A DNA stretch of 64,000 nt from an uncultured Chloroflexia bacterium (GTDB taxonomy: Bacteria > Chloroflexota > Limnocylindria > Limnocylindrales > CSP1-4), in contig CAVUFD010000002.1 in NCBI GenBank assembly GCA_963740825.1, forward strand, positions 1,070,990 to 1,134,989. The letters run 5' to 3'. Numbering within the stretch: position 1 is the stretch's first letter; every line of letters starts with the position of its first letter. The translations under genes were made by a program, and so were the position numbers. Of the stretch, positions 59,790-64,000 are shown one piece after another. The notes under the pieces are model-generated. The model was not told the DNA's origin. It saw only the letters and a list, made by a program, of their open reading frames with translations, and did no database searches.

Positions 59790-60020
59790 ATCAGCTGCTC
59801 TGTAGTCAGGCCCGAACGCGCACGCAGGTCGGCGAGGTGACGCTGCGACGACCCCCATGCGGACGAGTTCGGCGTTCGCGGCGACGTTCGCGGCTGTGGC
59901 CGCGGCATTGCCAGCGGCGTGCAGCTTGGGATCCACGAACCCTTCGGCAAAGCCGCCGAAGATGCCGACGAGTAGATAGAAGACACCGGCGATTCTCGCC
60001 AGCTGCTTGGGTGAGGACAT
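59790..60020 (-). pseudogene. Truncated/frameshifted DUF4386 family gene
   Basis: MSSPKQLARIAGVFYLLVGIFGGFAEG...VRMGVVA, then HLAD in another frame; similarity lost afterwards. AGGAGA RBS. Confidence 0.65.
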
Positions 60021-60188
60021 GTTGTCTCCTGCGTGGGGCGACCATCACGGGCGAGGTCGCGATCTGTTCGAACCATCAAGTTCAGGAAGCCGTCGACATG
60101 TGAACGTCACGCCGAGTTCGGTGAAGGGCCCCGGAGGCGAGCTCCGGGGCCCTTCCCATCAAGTGGCGGATACCACCATGAGCGACGC

Positions 60189-60668
60189 CTACGCGGTGAC
60201 TCCTGCACCGGTGCGAGGCTCGAGCACGACGATCGCGGTGTTCTCGGAACGGAGCGCCGCCCAGCCGTCGTACTGGTCGCCGAACTCGACCCACCGAGCC
60301 CAGAGCCGATCACGCTCGTCGCCTTCCGCAGCGCGACCACGGACGTAACGCACGCCGTCATCCAACGCGACGACGGTGTCCGGGTGCGCCTGCAGGTTCA
60401 GCCACCAGGCGGGGTCCGCCTCGGCCCAGCCGTTCATCGCCAACGTGACCAGGTTCGGGCCGTCCTCGTAGTACCCAACGATCGCGACTCGTGGCTGACC
60501 CGAGCGGCGCCCAACCGTCGTCAGGCGCAGCAGCCCGAGCTTGTCGCCCGGAGCCCGCAGCCCGACCCGTCCCCCGCTGAACCGAAGGAGTGCGCGGTGC
60601 AGCAGCCAGGCAACACGGATGACCACTCGCGGCGGGACACGAGTCGGCCGCGCCTCGGTGGCGGTCAC
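60189..60668 (-). CDS. Deazaflavin (F420)-dependent nitroreductase family protein
   Basis: TTVGRRSGQPR and PAWWLNLQAHP motifs; GTGA-coupled to DUF4386. Confidence 0.88.
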   Translation of the reverse strand: MTATEARPTRVPPRVVIRVAWLLHRALLRFSGGRVGLRAPGDKLGLLRLTTVGRRSGQPRVAIVGYYEDGPNLVTLAMNGWAEADPAWWLNLQAHPDTVVALDDGVRYVRGRAAEGDERDRLWARWVEFGDQYDGWAALRSENTAIVVLEPRTGAGVTA

Positions 60669-61474
60669 GCTGCACCCGCCGTCGTCGCGACGGCGATCGG
60701 TGACAGGACTGCCGGTGCCGATCCGTGCGGGCTCTCCGCCTCGGCCGCGGCCTCGACCATCAGCGGCGCTTCCTTGCGGAACCCCTTGAAGGTCATCCAC
60801 AGGCCGAGCGACAGCTCCCAGAGAAAGATCGGGAGGAGCGCGATAAGAGACCACACCGAGATCTTCTCGTTGATGCCGAGGATCTGTCCGATCACGGAAG
60901 ACGTCATCAAGACGCCGCCGACGAGTCCGATCGCGGGAATGAGTCGCGGCACGAGGCTGGATCGGTACATCAGGTACCCGAGCAGGAGGGCATTCATCGC
61001 GGGCATGAGGGTCCCGCCGATCAGGAACGCCGCGTTGTACGTCCCGACGAGCGAGGCGCCACTGGTGAGAAGCGCGGTCGAGTCGGCGCCGGCCGCGGCG
61101 CCCACCTGGTGCAGGGACGCGAGCGAGAGAAGGCTCACGACACCCGTGAGGAGCATCGCGCCCTCGATGACGCGCGAGGTGACGAATCCGAGCGCGAACG
61201 TCTCGTTCTGGCGCCTGACGACCGGGTACAGCGTGATGGCGGTGCCGATGCCGGCGAGCGCGACGATCACCTCGATGAGGGCGCCCCAGCGCAGGCCGGT
61301 GTCGCCGCCGGAGCTCAGGATGTAGGCCGGGTCCTTCAGCACCGGGCTGTAGAGGGTCAGTGTCGCGACCGAAATGAAGGTGATCAGGTAGAGGATGCCC
61401 GCGACGAGCGCGGTCTTCCGCATCGAATCCATCGGCGGTCGTTTCGTTGCGGCGGTTCGAACGGCGGTTGTCAT
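60665..61474 (-). CDS. DUF4386 domain-containing membrane protein
   Basis: ALVAGILYLIT, YRSSLVPR and WELSLGLWMTFKGF motifs. Confidence 0.9.
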   Translation of the reverse strand: MTTAVRTAATKRPPMDSMRKTALVAGILYLITFISVATLTLYSPVLKDPAYILSSGGDTGLRWGALIEVIVALAGIGTAITLYPVVRRQNETFALGFVTSRVIEGAMLLTGVVSLLSLASLHQVGAAAGADSTALLTSGASLVGTYNAAFLIGGTLMPAMNALLLGYLMYRSSLVPRLIPAIGLVGGVLMTSSVIGQILGINEKISVWSLIALLPIFLWELSLGLWMTFKGFRKEAPLMVEAAAEAESPHGSAPAVLSPIAVATTAGAA

Positions 61475-61505
61475 GTCGGTTTCCCTTTCGTGTGTTCGTG
61501 TTGGG

Positions 61506-61781
61506 CTATCGAGGCTCGGTGCCGGGCGTCCCGGTCGGGTCGGCGTCGACTTGCGTCACCGAGACCAATGGCAATCCGGTGTCGCGCACCTTTTGGAGCA
61601 GGCCATGGAGCGCCGCCTGATCGGGTACGCCGCCACGGATGACGGTGACGCCCTCGCTCTCGTGGCTGAGGCTCAGGCCGTCAAACCAGGCAGCCCATCG
61701 GCCATCCAGGTGTCCCTTGAGGCGAATCTCGTAGCGGCCGTCCTCGTGACGGTCACCGTCGATGCGTGTCGTTCCGCTCAT
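61506..61781 (-). CDS. Conserved small hypothetical protein (ACT-like)
   Basis: YEIRLKGHLDGRWAAWFDG...DQAALHGLLQKVRD motif, which I recall next to MalT-like regulators. Confidence 0.85.
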   Translation of the reverse strand: MSGTTRIDGDRHEDGRYEIRLKGHLDGRWAAWFDGLSLSHESEGVTVIRGGVPDQAALHGLLQKVRDTGLPLVSVTQVDADPTGTPGTEPR

Positions 61782-61856
61782 CTGCTCCCTTCCGCCGGTC
61801 CTGCGATCTGTCTGCCGGCGTGGTCCCGAGCATCGGAGCGGACGTGGGGAGCGAGC

Positions 61857-61874
61857 ATCCCCACATGTGGGGAT
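61857..61874. promoter_or_regulatory. Perfect 18-bp palindrome, probable operator of the MalT-like LuxR regulator
   Basis: ATCCCCACATGTGGGGAT is its own reverse complement; lies between the regulator and the downstream operon. Confidence 0.6.
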
Positions 61875-61944
61875 TTGACGTGATGAATCTTCGATCGAGC
61901 CGCGAGGCGACTTGCGGCGGCCGACCGGGGGCTTCGCGCCTCGG

Positions 61945-64000
61945 CTACGGTCGGTTGCGGGCTCGCGACAGGAGGTCGAGTTCCTCGGCCCGGGTCACGG
62001 CGGACCGGCGGTTGTTCGCCCCGAGCTTGGCGTAGATGGCCTTGGTGTGACTCCGCACCGTGCTCAGCGACACCACGAGCTCACGGGCGATCTCCGGTCC
62101 GGCCAGATCCGTTGCAAGCAGCCGCAGCACGTCAAGCTCACGGTCGCTCAGCGGCTCGATGAGCGCCTCCTTGTTCCCGGCGTTGTCCTCGGGGCGGACA
62201 GCGGCCGTCAGAAGGCGGCGAACGTAGCCCGGGGCGATTCCCCGGTTCGCGGCGTCCTGCAGCAGGGCCGCCATGGGTGGGCCTTCATCGAGGAAGACGC
62301 GAACATAGCCTTCCGGTTCGCCAAGCACCAGGGCACGTCCGAGGGCGGCAAGAGCGGCAGGCATGTCGCCTCGCTGGTGGGCAAGCGCCAGCAGGACAAG
62401 GATTTCGATGACATTGCCCGTCCGCTGACCGTCCTCCGCTGCTCGCAGCAGGCGACCCAGTAGCGCGAAGGCGTCACGGGCAGACCCGTCCGAAGGGTCC
62501 AGCGTGGATTGGGCCAGGAGCACCCTCGCAAGCGTGACGTGCTCGAACTCGCGCAGATACGCCAGGTCGTCGTGAGGCGACAGGCCTCGCGCCCGAGCCC
62601 ACGCATTCGCTTCGGCCAACTGCCCCTGCCTGAGCAGGATTCGCGCCTCTTGCGCCGGCAAGGGACGCACGTCCGGGATGAAGTCCGGCATGTACAGGCG
62701 CTGTGCCTCGTGGAGTGCATCGAGCGCGCCATCGAGGTCGCCTTCAGCCTGCCGGATGCGGGCCGTCACGACATGCAGCCGATAGCGGTTCTGCGGGTAG
62801 CCCATGTGCTCGCCCAGGTCCTTGCTCGCCTGGAGATGCCGTGTGGCGGCCTGGAGGTCGCCCTGCTCACGGGCGAGGTCGCTCAGTCCCACGTACATGT
62901 CCGCCGTGGCCCGCAGGACTGGCTCGCCATGCTTCGCCGACAGTTGCAATGCCTGCTCGTACGTCCGGATCGCGTCACGCAGCCGTCCCTGGGTGATCCG
63001 GATGTCAGCCAGGGCGATCGCAGCACCGAGCGCATCAGAGAGGCTGCCAGACCGCTGCACCCGCGCCATCCCAGCGCCGTAGATTCGATGCGCGGCCTCG
63101 AGGTCCCCGCTCGCCCATGTGGCCAATCCCAAGAGCGCCTCCGCTGCCCCGCGGAGGAGATCGTCGTCCTCGGGAGCCAGATTCAGTGCCTCGCGAGCGT
63201 GCCGGACGGTCGTCGCGACGTCGCCTCGGATCTGGGCAAGCACGGCTCGGTAGACCGCGATCAGCGCAGCCAGGAGGCTGAACTCGCGCCGGTCTACGAC
63301 GACCATCTCCGGCCGCCCGGCTCCGGCTTCATCTGGCACACCGTGGGGCGCCGTGAGCCAGCGCTCGCCGTCTCCCAGACGGCGCTCGACGTCCTCGAGC
63401 TCGCCGATGGACAACAGCGCCCAGGCGTAGGCGACGCTCAGGACCGGTCTTCGCCCGATGACCTCATCCGGCAGAGCCCTAAGCCACCGGAGCGCCGTCA
63501 CCTCGTGATGACCCTGCCGCAGCGCCGGCACCGCCAACTCAATCAGGCTGGCGGCTCGGTCGAAGTCCTCGCCCGCCAGCGCGTGCCGGATTGCCTCGGA
63601 GCGGTCACCGTTGTGCTCGTACCAGTCGCTGGCACGACGGTGCAGGTCGGGCACCCACGCTGGCTGCTCATCGAAGAGGTGCGTGCGCAGCACGTCGGCA
63701 AAGAGCTGGTGGTAGCGATACCAGCGCCGGCGGTCATCAAGCGGGACGAGGAAGAGGTTCCCGCGATCGAGCGCCTCCAGCATCGCCGTGCCGCCCTCAT
63801 GACCAGTAACGGCATCGCAGAGAGGGCCAGTCAGCCGACCGAGGATCGAGGTCTGCAGTAGGAACTGGCGGACATGTTCGGGTTGACGGTGCAAGACCTC
63901 GTCGGCCAAGTAGTCAACGATGTACCGATCGTCGCCGGCAAACCCGGCGATGAAGTCGGCCGGATCGTGGCGGCCTTGGATCGAGAGCGCGGCCAGTTGC
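61945..64000 (-). CDS. MalT-like LuxR family transcriptional regulator (5' part outside window)
   Basis: FLLQTSIL, WYRYHQLFAD, TPR-like region, EPLSDRELDVLRLL...HTH; frame is open to the window end. Confidence 0.92.
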   Translation of the reverse strand, partial: QLAALSIQGRHDPADFIAGFAGDDRYIVDYLADEVLHRQPEHVRQFLLQTSILGRLTGPLCDAVTGHEGGTAMLEALDRGNLFLVPLDDRRRWYRYHQLFADVLRTHLFDEQPAWVPDLHRRASDWYEHNGDRSEAIRHALAGEDFDRAASLIELAVPALRQGHHEVTALRWLRALPDEVIGRRPVLSVAYAWALLSIGELEDVERRLGDGERWLTAPHGVPDEAGAGRPEMVVVDRREFSLLAALIAVYRAVLAQIRGDVATTVRHAREALNLAPEDDDLLRGAAEALLGLATWASGDLEAAHRIYGAGMARVQRSGSLSDALGAAIALADIRITQGRLRDAIRTYEQALQLSAKHGEPVLRATADMYVGLSDLAREQGDLQAATRHLQASKDLGEHMGYPQNRYRLHVVTARIRQAEGDLDGALDALHEAQRLYMPDFIPDVRPLPAQEARILLRQGQLAEANAWARARGLSPHDDLAYLREFEHVTLARVLLAQSTLDPSDGSARDAFALLGRLLRAAEDGQRTGNVIEILVLLALAHQRGDMPAALAALGRALVLGEPEGYVRVFLDEGPPMAALLQDAANRGIAPGYVRRLLTAAVRPEDNAGNKEALIEPLSDRELDVLRLLATDLAGPEIARELVVSLSTVRSHTKAIYAKLGANNRRSAVTRAEELDLLSRARNRP

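Noticed and set aside
1-64000. tRNA, rRNA, integrase, transposase or prophage genes
   Set aside because: No recognisable motifs found by eye; tRNAscan-SE, Infernal and ISEScan would be needed to exclude them fully.

Overview
A 64-kb high-GC (about 70% by eye) bacterial chromosomal segment. The gene repertoire suggests soil Chloroflexota (Limnocylindria-like) or Actinomycetota, which is an inference. About 50 CDS are present; I found no rRNA, tRNA, CRISPR array, integrase or transposase. Most genes are ordinary accessory or housekeeping genes: ferritin, AraC/LysE, Rieske oxygenase, VapBC, TPR+DUF4331, TetR, F420 enzymes, UvrD2, YcaQ, an ECF sigma cassette and two LuxR-ATPase regulators. The main candidate for an undescribed system is a tightly coupled minus-strand four-gene operon at 9571-20921. 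It encodes (1) an HEXXH metallopeptidase, (2) an active-looking CHAT (caspase-clan) protease fused to a degenerate STAND NTPase, (3) a 2161-aa STAND ATPase carrying an inserted Cys-to-Asp papain-like pseudo-protease, two TM helices and a degenerate CHAT domain, and (4) an unknown protein with an amphipathic hairpin. The reciprocal active/dead CHAT and NTPase domains suggest a paired NLR-like protease-activation conflict system. A second module at 55757-59650 (CHAT protease plus a beta-rich partner) lies between gene scars, one of which looks like a head-to-tail junction copy of the 45.6-49.7 kb segment. All family assignments come from motif recognition by eye, not database searches.
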